This document shows, piece after piece, positions 11,466-24,021 of a stretch of 64,000 nucleotides of DNA. Position numbers and translations under genes: made by a program. Positions within the stretch are counted from its first letter, which is position 1; every line of letters begins with the position of its first letter. The stretch lies in assembly GCA_951406725.2 (NCBI GenBank), contig OX597814.1, positions 217,124,001 to 217,188,000 on the forward strand. The letters are read 5' to 3'. The notes below the pieces were generated by a model that saw nothing but the letters and a program-made list of their open reading frames with translations, was not told the origin of the DNA and made no database searches. The DNA is from Octopus vulgaris (taxonomy: Eukaryota).

Positions 11466-12284
11466 AAATAAATAAACAGAATTTTAATCAGTTGGACACA
11501 TTAATATTATTTTACTGAGATACTCTAACAGAGCAAGAAGATGGAAGAAATCCATGTTGTTGCTATTGTAGCTAAGAATATACTAGACGTCCAAGAAATG
11601 CATGAAGCTTGTTGGAGTCATAGCTTGTAAAGGATTGCAGTTTATTTTTAATTTATTAGTCTTTTTTATCAACTACTAAATCTAAGACTTGAAGACTATG
11701 TCTGCTTAGAATGGAAGGCAAGAGTGAGTTGACAGCTCATGGCTAGGTATGGTCATAAATATTGCCAAGATTTTAGGAGTAATAAATCAGGTATAAAGTA
11801 ACTGTCTATAAAGGAGGCTGGGTAGGAGAAGACCCCAAATCAAGATGTTAATTACCAGTTAAAGGGGCAAGATGCTAATAAAACCTATGATGTTAATACA
11901 GAGGAAATTTTATCATGGGGTACTATGGGTGATTGTTTATAAACAATATTGTTATGTTGTATATACAATGCTAATACAATAGCATGAATGCTATTGTATT
12001 AGCATTATCATGCATTTGAGAATAAATTATTTCTGTATCATATATATATATACATATATTGAAGAATATTGTTGTGTAAGGCTGGAACAATGTGAGAAGG
12101 TGCAAAAGTAAACTACACAAGAAAAAGAAACCAGAACAAAGTTGCAGTTTTACCTTATATTTCTATATTTCGGGAAAAGTTTACTTTGTATATTCTTGCA
12201 TTGTTCTGGCCTTACACAATTCTTTAAAGGTAAACCACACAATGCTTCACCAAAATTACTTCACTTACATATCTATTTTTTATT

Positions 12285-12599
12285 TATGTGCCCTTTTCAA
12301 GCCTAGCCAGCCAGGCACATAGTCCTGGTTTCCCGGTTTCTGTGGCGCATGTGCCCCCCATCCCCCGGCTGGACGGGACGCCAGTCCATCGCAGCACTTC
12401 TGAAGAAACAGGAAGAAAGAGTGAGAGAAAGTTGGGGCGAAAGAGTACAACAGGGGTTGCCACCACCCCCTGCTGGAGCCTCGTGGAGCTTTAGGTGTTT
12501 TCGCTCAATAAACACGCACAACGTCCGGTCTGGGAATCGAAACCGTGATCCTCCGACCGCAAGTCTGCTGCCCTAACCACTGGGCCATTGCGCCTCCAC
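12285..12599 (-). mobile_element. SINE with family D tRNA head and an alternative 3' tail (D2)
   Basis: Head matches family D (GTGGAGGCGCAATGGCCCAGTGG); tail matches 34030-34316 rather than D. Confidence 0.75.
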
Positions 12600-12602
12600 T
12601 CC

Positions 12603-12800
12603 ATATATATATATAAAAATTAGAAAAAAAACACCTTTTATCAATTCAAAATGAACAATTAAATTACACCATCCAGAAAATTACATAAAATATTGAATTT
12701 TAACTTTTCTATTATATGTAATTTTCTGGATGGTGTAATTTAATTGTTCATTTTGAATTGATAAAAGGTGATTTTTTTTCTAATATTTTATATATATATA
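12603..12800. repeat. Foldback inverted repeat in a (TA)n tract
   Basis: About 85-bp arms (12603-12687 / 12715-12800) with a 27-nt spacer. Confidence 0.85.
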
Positions 12801-12876
12801 TTATATTGTGTAGAATTTGATTTAGTATTTCTAAATTGAATTCTTTTTCCTTGTAAGTCTGGATTTTATTTCCTTA

Positions 12877-12907
<31 letters not shown>

Positions 12908-13450
12908 GAAGACCAGGCAGGACAAGTGAGCCCAGCCCACTTATGCATGCCTTTCCTCCCTTGGACACATAGACCTGTTGAGGCAAGCGAAGTCGATATC
13001 GAACCTCATCCGACGACAGGCACCCATGCCAACCCACCTTGCTTGCGAAGACATGTTGGGGCAAGTGAAATCGAAATCGAAATTGAACCAATCCTATGAC
13101 TGGCACCCGGCAGATGCCAGGACCCCTGGACTGGTGGTACGTAAAAAGCACCATCCGAATCGTGGCCGATGCCAGCACCGCCTCAACTGGCTCCCGTGCC
13201 GGTGGCACATAAAATACACCAATCTGACTGTGGCCGTTGCCAGCCTCGCCTGGCACCTGTGCAGGTGGCACGTAAAAAGCACCCACTACACTCACGGAGT
13301 GGTTGGCGTTAGGAAGGGCATCCAGCTGTAGAAACATTGCCAGATAAGACTGGAGCCTGGTGCAGCCTTCTGGCTTCCCAGATCCCCGGTCGAACCGTCC
13401 AACCCATGCTAGCATGGAGAACGGACGTTAAACGATGATGATGATGATGA
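12908..13450 (+). mobile_element. SINE-like family C with 3 internal repeat units
   Basis: GTGCCGGTGGCAC-type units, AGGAAGGGCATCCAGC block, (GAT)n tail. Confidence 0.8.
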
Positions 13451-13707
13451 TATATATATACTTACACACACAAGACATATACATACACACATACACACAA
13501 GCAATAAATGGAAATATATGCCATTTATATACATTTAACTTGTGCACATTCATAACATACGTATATGCCTTGCTCATATACACTTTATTTATTGTACTAA
13601 AAGTACTATAAGCTAATATTTATAAATTCTTCCCTGCACAATACATTCACTCATATTAGACCGGCATTTCAACAGATATATTGTAAGAAGCCACAAAGAT
13701 TTTTTCG

Positions 13708-13756
<49 letters not shown>

Positions 13757-13892
13757 TTGAAAATGTTTATCTTTTTTCTTATCGAAAGTAGAGTAGCTTG
13801 AGAAACAATTAGCAATATGAGAGGATTCAACCGATAGTCATTGTGGTAATGATCTTTGTTTACTGTTAAATGGCAGTGAAAGCTTTTAGCTG

Positions 13893-14378
13893 ATACCATA
13901 TGATTAACAACACACACACACACACACACATACACACAGAGTCACAGACAAACACACACACACATACACACAGAGTCACAGACAAACACATACACACATT
14001 TACAAACATATCAGAAGGGCGGAGGCAAACTGGCAGAATTGTTAGCACATTGGGCAAAATGCTTAGTGGCATTTCTTTTGGCTCTTTATGTTCTGAGTTC
14101 AAATCCCAACCAAAGTCAACTTTGCCTTTCATCCCTTTTGGGTTGGTAAAAAGCATTACCAATCAAGTACTTGAGCTGATGTAATCAACTTGTCCCTTCT
14201 CCTTAAAATTGTTGGCCATGAAGCCAGCGACAGACTGGCATCCTGTTCAGGGGAAGTGTGGTGATTTCAGTTTGCCAGTTTGCCGCCCTTCTGATATGTT
14301 TGTAAATGTGTGTATGTGTTTGTCTGTGACTCTGTGTATATGTGTGTGTGTGTGTGTGTGTTGTTAATCATATGGTAT
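13893..14378. repeat. Local inverted duplication around a family B SINE
   Basis: 13893-14035 is repeated in reverse at 14273-14378, including non-repeat flank sequence. Confidence 0.8.
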
Positions 14379-14999
14379 TAGAGGATGCTGAAACATTCTT
14401 GGCTCTGGGTAAAAGAAAACACAGGAGGATCAGTTAATTATGATTTTACTCAACATATTCGCCTCTCAGATTCACACACTTTTTGTAGTAGTCCTTCAGT
14501 TTTTCTAACCCCTGTAAAAAAACTTGGAAGGTTGGCCTCCAACCAGACCTTTTGTGATACCCTTAAAGCCATCAGAGAGATGATAATGAGTAAGCAAAGG
14601 AAACAACAAATTATAAGGTGTCATAAGTGATTTTAAGTTATGATAAGAAAACAATTTATTTTACAATACATCTCATTGAACTACTTAAAGGAATAACTAT
14701 AATGAGTGATATAAAAAGAAAAGAATATAAAATGTAGAATTAAATCAACTATAGTTAGATTAATGATAAAAGATGAAATTATTAATAATAGTAGAAATAA
14801 ATATAAATAATGGATGGTTCTCCATTATTATATAAGGTTATAAAATATTAATATGAGTGGAAAGAACAGTAGTATTGATTTGTATATACTGGAGAAGTTA
14901 ACAATTAGCACACTGCATTTTCTCTACAATTGTTTCCTCTACCATCACTGCCCTGTTACTATAGGAGAGAACAGTCATATAGAGACATGATGCACATAA

Positions 15000-15308
15000 G
15001 GCGACGCTGGTAACGATCATTCGAGCGTGATCGTTACCAGCATCACTTTACTGGAACCTGTGCTGGTGGCATGTGTAAAAAGATTTGAGCGAGGTCGTTG
15101 CCAGTACCACCTGACTGGCCCCATGCCGGTAGCACGTAAAAAGCACCCACTACACTCTTTGAGTGGTTGGTGTTAGGAAAGGCATCCAGCTGTAGAAACT
15201 CTGCCAAATCAAGATTGGAGCCTGGTGCAGCTATCTGGTTCACCAGCCCTCAGTCAAAATCGTCCAACCCATGCCAGCATGGAAAGCGGACGTTAAACGA
15301 TGATGATG
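15000..15308 (+). mobile_element. SINE-like family C variant
   Basis: Family C 3' block and (GAT)n tail; two units separated by a different spacer. Confidence 0.75.
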
Positions 15309-15560
15309 CACCTACAATGCACTAAAGGTTAATGTAGGGAAACAGGAAGAAGAACTTGCAGCAAAAAAGAATTGATGTTTTGGAGAATAATATAGTTTAT
15401 AGTTATGATATGTGATGATGTTCATAGAATGTTAGTAAGATAAATTAAATTGTAATAATATAGTATATTAATTAACTGATGAATTTAATTGCCAGATGAT
15501 AAATTTATAAGTTATGAAATGAAATTAATTTATGAATATATCAAGTAATTACAAGTTACT

Positions 15561-15607
<47 letters not shown>

Positions 15608-15684
15608 ATTCATGTGTGTGTGTATGCATATGTGTGCATGAGCATGTGTTCATGTTTGTGTGTGTGCATATGTGTGTGCATGTG

Positions 15685-15995
15685 AAGGCATGTGGCTGAG
15701 GTACTTGGCTTGTGATTGTAAGGTTGTAAGCATGATTCCTAGTGGTGCGTTGTGTCCTTGAGCAAGAACCTTTCTTTCACATTGCTGCAGTTCACTCAAC
15801 AGGCAAAACTGAGCTGTACCTGTAATTGAATGGGCCAACCTTGTCACAATCAGTGTCTTGTGTTCAATCTTCATGGCAGTTACGTTAAGGGTACACATGT
15901 CTGTGAGGAGCTCAGCTGCTTACACATTAATTTCACAAGCGGGCTGTTTTGTTGTTGAATCAATTGGAACACTTGTCATCATAACCAATGGAAAG
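15685..15995 (+). mobile_element. Old SINE with family E-like head/CORE and family D-like tail
   Basis: TTGTGTCCTTGAGCAAG..CAGTTCACTCAAC (as in E) followed by TACGTTAAGGGTACACATGTCTGTG..TTAATTTCAC (as in D). Confidence 0.6.
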
Positions 15996-16000
15996 CCAAG

Positions 16001-16037
<37 letters not shown>

Positions 16038-16699
16038 CACTATCATCATAATTATCATTTTAACATCCACTTTTCTATGTTTGTATGGGTCAGAAGAAAC
16101 CTAGTGGAGTAGATTTTTCTATGATTGGATGTTCTTCCTGTTACAAACTTTTATCCGTTTCCATGAAAATGTATAAATATGTAAACACAATGCACCAGCA
16201 CATTTTAATCACCCACTAATCCTGTCTGCACATAATTAGAGCATACACTGGCTGTTCTCATACACACACAAATATCAGAGGTATGCATACGCACTCACAC
16301 ACTATATGTAAAGGCACACATACCCATTCATGAAATAAACATGCACACATTCATACATACACACATAAATACAGAAATGTGCATATTCACATACACCTGA
16401 CATTCATTCACACACACACACACACACACATGGATACAGCAGATAACAAATGTACATGTACATATGCACATACATGCTCACACAGCTGATGCACACAACT
16501 GATAAATAGGCCGATGTATATGTGCACTCAAACACACATACACAACTGATAAGCATCGACACCCACACACCCTAATGACACGTAAACGCACACCATCGAG
16601 CTGATACCACCAGTACACACCCATGCACCAGCTTGCATGTACAGATACCTACACATACATAGCAGATGAACATGCTGCACAACAAACACCCACATCTAT

Positions 16700-16763
<64 letters not shown>

Positions 16764-17087
16764 GCAATTAATGTTGCTTAATTTTTTCACACACACTATC
16801 CAGATAGCAAGATGCTATCAATTTCCTGTCCTGCCACGTGGCTAAAGAAATTCAGATTGTGATCTCTTATTTGATGGTGGTGATATTTCAATACGATTTC
16901 AACAACACCCTGTGTCCCATTTTGACCAAAAGCAGCCCAGTTTTCCAGTAGCTATATTGGATATTCTCCATCTCTGCATTGGGTTGTCTGAGCACGATGA
17001 GCTAAATACCTATGAGAAGTTTATGAAACTTTAAATTGCATAGCGCTGGATCAGACTGTTTTAAATAATCATTATATATATATTCAC

Positions 17088-17428
17088 TAGGTGCATGGCT
17101 CAGTGGTTAGAGCGTCGAGCTTACGATCGTGAGGTTGTGAGCTCGAATCCTGGACCGGGCTGCGTGTTGTGTTCTTGAGCAAGGCACTTTATTTCACGTT
17201 GCTCCAGTTCACTCAACTGTAGAAATGAGTTGCGACGTCACAGGTGCCAATCTGTATCGACCTTTGTCTTTCCCTTGGATAACACTGGTGACGTGGAGAG
17301 GGGAGGCCGGTATGCATGGGCGACTGCTGGTCTTCCATAAGCAACCTTGCCTGGACTTGTGTCTAGGAGGGTAACTTTCTAGGTGCAATCCCATGGTCAT
17401 TCATGACCGAAGGGGGTCTTTACCTTTA
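17088..17428 (+). mobile_element. tRNA-derived CORE-type SINE family E
   Basis: A-box TGGCTCAGTGG, B-box-like GCTCGAATCC, CORE-like TTGAGCAAGGCACTT; second copy at 20366-20690. Confidence 0.8.
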
Positions 17429-18257
17429 TATATATATATTCATTCATTGGCTCTGTGTGTGTGTGTGTGTGCGTGCACATATGCATGACCTTTTTGTGCC
17501 TGGTCACTAGTGACACATACCAAAAACTATTAAAATGTCCATTCCCTTTTATCTCCTATTTTTTACTTGCTTTAGTCATTAGACTTTTGACTTTGGGAGA
17601 CAATTTTATTAGAACAATCTGGTAGTCTGATCAATGTATGCATGTATATACAGCTCTGTGTGTGTGTGTGTGTGTAAAATCTCACGCATATACATACAAG
17701 AAAGACAGAAAGAGGGGGGAGATAGAAAGGGTATATGTTAGTGAGTGCCTGTTCGTAGTGGCATATATCTGTGTATCAGTTTAAGAACATAAGAGTGTGA
17801 AGGTCAGATAGTAAGCACACACATGTGTGTGTGTGTGTGTGTGTGTGCACGGCATGGTTATGCACAACGTGTGTGTGTGTTGCATGCAAAAAATGTTCTG
17901 GGTGACAGTGGATATGAATCGGCATGGAAGTTATTCTTCCTGTTCGCTGATGATAATTTCACTTCTCACCCCATCACTATCCACCCCAACATAGCAAACC
18001 TCATCCCAACACCATCCACTTCATTATAATCCGCAGTTTTAGGCTGTCCCCATATTTGGAAGGTCAGTTATTTGGAAATATGTGAAACTAGGCTGCTACA
18101 CTTCATACTCAGTATGGTCTTTCCTTGCATAATGTACTTTACACAAGCATGTATACTCACATACTCCACTCTTTGCCACACACACACATCATTACATATG
18201 TACACATGTATATGTTAAGTCTGTGTACATGCATATCTATACATATATGCACATATA

Positions 18258-18288
<31 letters not shown>

Positions 18289-18329
18289 GTGTGTGTACAT
18301 GCATATCTATACATATATGCACATATAAC

Positions 18330-18387
<58 letters not shown>

Positions 18388-18390
<3 letters not shown>

Positions 18391-18583
18391 TGGCATCCTT
18401 CGCTTGGATGCCATGATAGATCATTAGCAACTACACACATTTTTTTTCTCTCCTTGTTTTCTGTGTCCCTTTCTGTAGAAGAGTGTAGGCTTGAAACATA
18501 AGAAACTTTTTCTATTCCTGAGCGTTATACTAATACATCTGTTTGTTTTGTAGTTTTGTACACCACCTGTTTTCGTAAACTCT

Positions 18584-18590
<7 letters not shown>
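18388..18590 (+). mobile_element. Penelope-like 3' remnant with a variant hammerhead (18469-18504)
   Basis: Sits in (TA)n; 5' hairpin TCATGGCATCC/GGATGCCATGA; homologous to 57850-58050 on the minus strand. Confidence 0.6.
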
Positions 18591-18621
<31 letters not shown>

Positions 18622-18624
18622 TAT

Positions 18625-18768
18625 AAACAATTGCAGCGTGGAAGGTGTTTGTAAGCCATTTAAGAAACACACAAAAGTTGTTCGATTCACTTCAACATTT
18701 AAGTTTAATCTGTCAAAATTGTGTGTTTCTTAAATAGCTTACAAACACCTGCCACGCTGCAATTGTTT
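18625..18768. repeat. Inverted repeat in a (TA)n tract (Penelope-like remnant)
   Basis: 49-bp arms at 18625-18673 / 18720-18768. Confidence 0.8.
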
Positions 18769-18823
18769 TCGTTTCAGCACACGATCTCAGATCAAATCAC
18801 TTGCTATGCAAGTACATCTCCGT

Positions 18824-18865
<42 letters not shown>

Positions 18866-19081
18866 CATGGCAAAGAGACCTAAACATGAACAAATGAACA
18901 CACATGCATATATATTTATAATACATTAAAAGTGAAGTTCAATCTTGCTTGCAATATTACACAGCCAAACTGGCACATAATGGGAAGATACTTTGCAAGT
19001 AAAGTGACCCTGAAATGTGAATATGAATGGAATAAAACAAGTTTCACATAAATTGGACCAATAATTATTGAGATATGTGGT

Positions 19082-19466
19082 GGAAGCACTCCGTCGGTTA
19101 CGACGACGAAGGTTCTGGTTGATCCGAATCAACGGAACAGCCTGCTCGTGAAATTAACGTGTAAGTGGCTGAGCACTCCACAGACACGTGTACCCTTAAC
19201 GTAGTTCTCGGGGATATTCAGCATGACACAGGGAGTGACAAGGCCGGCCCTTTGAAATACAGGTACAACAGAAACAGGAAGTAAGAGTGAGAGAAAGTTG
19301 TGGTGAAAGAGTACAGCAGGGATCACCACCATCCCCTGCCGGAGCCTCGTGGAGCTTTAGGTCGTTTTCGCTCAATAAACACTCACAACGCCCGGTCTGG
19401 GAATCGAAACCGCGATCCTATGACCGCGAGTCCGCTGCCCTAACCACTGGGCCATTGCGCCTCCAC
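19082..19466 (-). mobile_element. tRNA-derived SINE family D, young full-length copy
   Basis: tRNA-like head; perfect 11-bp TSD AGATATGTGGT; near-identical to three other copies. Confidence 0.9.
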
Positions 19467-19942
19467 AGATATGTGGTAACTTAACCCTGAAAGGGAAGAA
19501 ACTCTAACCTTTCCATTAGACACATTATGACGGGCAAAATATTTTTAAGTGAAAATGACTTTAAAAATACAGTAAATATTTTGTAAAAGACCCATTCATG
19601 ACCTCAGTGTGAAATAGTTTTTTTTTCTATCGGTTTCTTTTGAGTGCATTCAACATATCTCACCTACAAAGATTTGGCTGCTATTTTTAGCATGCCCTGT
19701 TACCATGTAACAGCTAATTGCAATAAAGGACCTGACATACCTGCTACATGGTAGCAGGGCATGCAAGAAATAGCAGCCAATCTTTCCTTTTCTGGGGAAA
19801 GGAGCCATTTACATGTGATTTCGATGTCACATTTGTTGAAAGCATGCAAAATAATGTAGAAAAGAAAAAAGAACCCACGAAACAAAACTCCATTGCTGGG
19901 AAACTCAGACATCCCCAGTGACCCAATGGGTCACTGTATATA

Positions 19943-20342
19943 TATATATATATGTGTGGAAGCACTCCGTCGGTTACGACGACGAGGGTTCCGGTTGATC
20001 CGAATCAATGGAACAGCCTGCTCGTGAAATTAACGTGTAAGTGGCTGAGCACTCCACAGACATGTGTACCCTTAACATAGTTCTCGGGGATATTCAGCGT
20101 GACACAGAGAGTGACAAGGCCGGCCCCCTGAAATACAGGTACAACAGAAACAGGAAGTAAAAGTGAGAGAAAGTTGTGGTGAAAGAGTACAGCAGGGATC
20201 ACCACCATCCCCTGCCGGAGCTTCGTGGAGCTTTTAGGTGTTTTCGCTCAATAAACACTCACAACGCCCGGTCTGGGAATCGAAACTGCGATCCTATGTC
20301 CGCAAGTCCGCTGCCCTAACCACTGGGCCATTGCGCCTCCAC
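19943..20342 (-). mobile_element. SINE family D
   Basis: 16-bp TSD TGGGTCACTGTATATA (19927-19942, 20343-20358). Confidence 0.9.
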
Positions 20343-20365
20343 TGGGTCACTGTATATAATTACAG

Positions 20366-20690
20366 TGAAGGCACATGGCTCAGTGGTTAGAGTGTTGGAC
20401 TGTGTGTTGTGTTCTTGATCAAGACACTTTATTTCACATTGCTCCACTTTATTTCATGTTGCTCCAGTTCACTCAGCTATAGAAATGAGATGCGATGTCA
20501 CTAATGTCAAGTTGTATTTGCCTTAGCTTTTCCCATGGATAACATCGGTGGCATGGAGAGGGGAGGCTGGTATGCATGGGTGACAGCTGGTATTTCATAA
20601 AACAACCTTGCCCAGACTTGTGCTTCGGAGGAGAATTTTCTAGGTGCAATCCCATGGTCATTCATTTCCGAAGGGGGTTTTTACTCTTGA
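20366..20690 (+). mobile_element. SINE family E with an internal deletion
   Basis: Homologous to 17088-17428. Confidence 0.8.
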
Positions 20691-20771
20691 CATAAGTACA
20701 CAAACATAAATCTAATACATGCAGTATTAGATAGATACATTCACCTCCATACACCCACTGACATCCAATAT

Positions 20772-21151
20772 TACTCTTTTACTTGTTTCAGTCATTTGAC
20801 TGTGGCCATGCTGGAGCACCACTTTTAGTCGAGCAAATCGACCCCGGGACTTATTCTTTGTATCGGTCTCTTTTGCCAAACTGCTAAGTGATGGGGACGT
20901 AGACACACCAGCATCGATTGTCAAGCAATGCTAGGGAGACAAATACAGACACACAAACATACACACACACACACACATATATATATACATGTATACGACA
21001 GGCTTCTTTAAGTTTCCATCTACCAAATCCACTTACAAGACTTTGGTTGGCCCGAAGCTATAGTAGAAGACACTTGTCCACGCAGTGGGACTGAACCCAG
21101 AACCATGTGGTTGGTAAGCAAGCTACTTACCACACAGTCACTCCCGCGCCT
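20772..21151 (-). mobile_element. SINE family A
   Basis: Reverse complement of 291-700. Confidence 0.85.
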
Positions 21152-21610
21152 GTTTATTTAAAAAAAAATGTAAGATGAGAATCAAGTAAATACTGGCAAT
21201 GAACCACCTGGAACTAAAGACAATTAGAGGTAAACCAGCCAAATATAACATAACCAAATCTTTGTTAACGACATCATATTTTATGTATTTTTATAGCAAC
21301 AACTTGGTGTTATTTATTCCATTTTGTGAAATTATCCACTTAGCAACTTTAACCAATGTTAGAGATGTAAGTAAGACTATTTTATTGTAAGTTTGGAAAC
21401 TGTTGGCAGCTCACCAATATGTTCCAGCATCCAGGTTGGAAAACATTGCATTCTTCAAGATAAATTTCACTATGATTTTCTACTTTTCTTTTTCTTCTTC
21501 TAACTTAATCCTTATCCCATCTCTTTATTCTTCTTTTCATTTAGTTACAGTCATAAGACTACAATTTGTAATCAGAAAATATATTGAAACTAAAGTATTC
21601 TCAGACTAAA

Positions 21611-21996
21611 TCTATATATATAAAGCTGAAGTTGTCTGTGTATGGCAGGTTTGGTAGCCTTCAACTAACACTATCTCCTCCGAGATAGTGTTGACCAAAA
21701 TTAAGAGTATGATAGAAGAAGGCTTGCTCTTCCTTCCGTAGAAGAAAAAATTCAAATCGGACCGTGTTAACACCAAAAATTATTTACATCAAACAGTGCT
21801 TTTTTTCTATGAAAATCCCTATTATTTACGATTTTTTGACTACTTTGTCACCATTTTTCGGTATATTTCAACCAGAAAAATGTTCACTTAAAGAGAATAA
21901 CAAGCTACATAATGCAAAATTTTTACTTTTCAAAAATTCCAATTCTAAAGGGTCGAAAAGAAAACAAGTCTAAGCAACACTGGGCTATACTGCTAG
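21611..21996 (+). mobile_element. Non-autonomous Helitron H3
   Basis: A|TCTATATATATAAAG...CTAAGCAACACTGGG (decayed hairpin)...CTAG|T. Confidence 0.8.
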
Positions 21997-23900
21997 TTTA
22001 TTTATAAAGCCATACATGTAAACCATGAAATCTTGTCGATAAATTTCTTTGTTTTGTATTCTGCTATTAATACTCTTTATTTTGTACTTAATTCCAAATA
22101 TCATAGCTGTCTTGTAGACAATATTTTCAAATTTCTTTTAACCCTTTTTGTTATCATATATAGACACAAACAATGGATGCAGAGTTCAAGTGTTTGCTTT
22201 GCAACCAAGTGGCTTTGGGTTCAGTCCCTCCCATTGCATGACACCTTGGGAAAGTTTCTTCTATTGTAGCCCTGAGCCAACTAATGCCTTGCGAGTGAAT
22301 TTGGTGGATGGAAACTGTGTAGCAGACCATTGTGTGTGTGTGTGTGTGTGAGCCATGTAATTACACACGTGCTTTTCTTGGACTTTTTTTCCTTCTCTAG
22401 ACCTTCCCTTTCTCCTCTTTCTGACAATGAGCTATGTGCAAAATGTTATTCACCTACTCTTTTTACCATCTTATACTGAGTTTCAAGCTATATTTTCCAT
22501 GTGTACATCCTTTTGATGTTTGACATTTGTTGTTTTGTTATTCGTTAATTCTAATTTTCAATTTGCCTAGTCCCACTGCCTGGCACCTTGGGCAAGTATC
22601 TTCTACTTTAGCCTCAAGCCAATTAAAGCCTTGGTATATATATATATATATAAACACACACACACACATATGTATGTATATATTTGTGTGTGTGTGTGTG
22701 TGTGTGTGTCTTTGTGTCTGTGTTTGTCTCCTTGCTATCACTTGACAACCAATGTTGGTGTGTTTATGTCCCTGTAACTTAGCAGTTTCGCAAATGACAC
22801 CGATAGAATAAGTCCTGGGCTAATTTCTTTGACTAAAAACCCTTGAAGGTGTTGCTCCAGTATGGCCATGCAAAAGGATGTATATATATATATATGTATG
22901 TGCACATGTGCATATATATATATATATATATATGTGCACATGTACGTTTGTGTGTGTTTGTGCCCTTACTATATGACAACTGATGTTGACTTGCTACATC
23001 CTTGTGACTAAAGCCATCAAGGTGGTATCCCAGCATGGCCTTAATCCAATGACTAAAACATTGTTTTAATTCATTTTGAAAATGATGAAGTATTTGTTAA
23101 AGTAACTATCATTATTAATATGGCATTTGGTACTGACATCATCTGTGTGAGTGCCATGTAAAAAAGCATTCAGCCCACTCTACGGAGTGGTTGGTGTTAG
23201 GTAGGGCACCCAGCCATAAAAAACCATGCCAAAGCAGATACAGAAGCATAGCACAGGCTCCTGCCTGGCCAGTTCCTGTCAAAATGTCCAATCCATGCCG
23301 GCATGGAAGGAGAACATTAAATGATGATAATGACGACGTTTTTAATATAGATTAACATGAAATTTTGATGGAAGGTTTTTATTCAGGGAATTTTTATTAT
23401 AGAACCAAGAGCAGTTTCAGATAGTTTGGAATCAAAAGGGTCAAAATAGTTTGGAATCAAAAGGGTCAAACTGTTTACTAAGGGATGCTAATATTCCTCA
23501 GCATCTAAATGTTACTGAAACCTCTTACCGATTTGGCATCATTAATAATTCTCTAACAAACTGTTAGTACTAACATCTTCAATGTCAACAGCCTAGTACT
23601 AACGTATATCTGTTGACTAGATAAGCCATACACCTTTAAGCAACATTTCGAAGCAACTAGTTATTTAAGGAAACAACATGAGTTTCCAGTGGATTAGTTA
23701 CTATTGCAAAAAGAAAAAAAAATCAAGAAAAAAAATCAAGAAAAATGGAAACAGATAAGAAGAGGGCTAGAAAGTTATTTGAAGATAGTGAATCATGGAT
23801 GGGCAGATATATGTGTGTGTGTTTGTGAAAGAGAAAAAAGATTGTGAGCTTACGTAAAAGAATGTTAGACTGGAAAGTTATAAAACAAAATAAATTTTAC

Positions 23901-23975
23901 CTTTTTGTTTTCTAAAGTTGATACCTTTTCTAGAAATAAGAACTTACCTGAAACAGAAAGAAAACACTATATTAG
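23901..23975 (-). other. Candidate recursive splice site (AG|GTAAGT) with branch point
   Basis: Minus strand GCTAAT-ATA-GTGTTTTCTTTCTGTTTCAG|GTAAGT; further donors AAAG|GTATC and AAAG|GTAAAA lie 23 and 47 nt downstream. Confidence 0.5.
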
Positions 23976-23990
23976 CTACATGTCAATTAC

Positions 23991-24021
<31 letters not shown>

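Noticed and set aside
17088-17165. tRNA gene
   Set aside because: A and B boxes are present, but the sequence runs into a CORE domain and tail and has no proper acceptor stem. It is a SINE head, as are those of families A, B and D.
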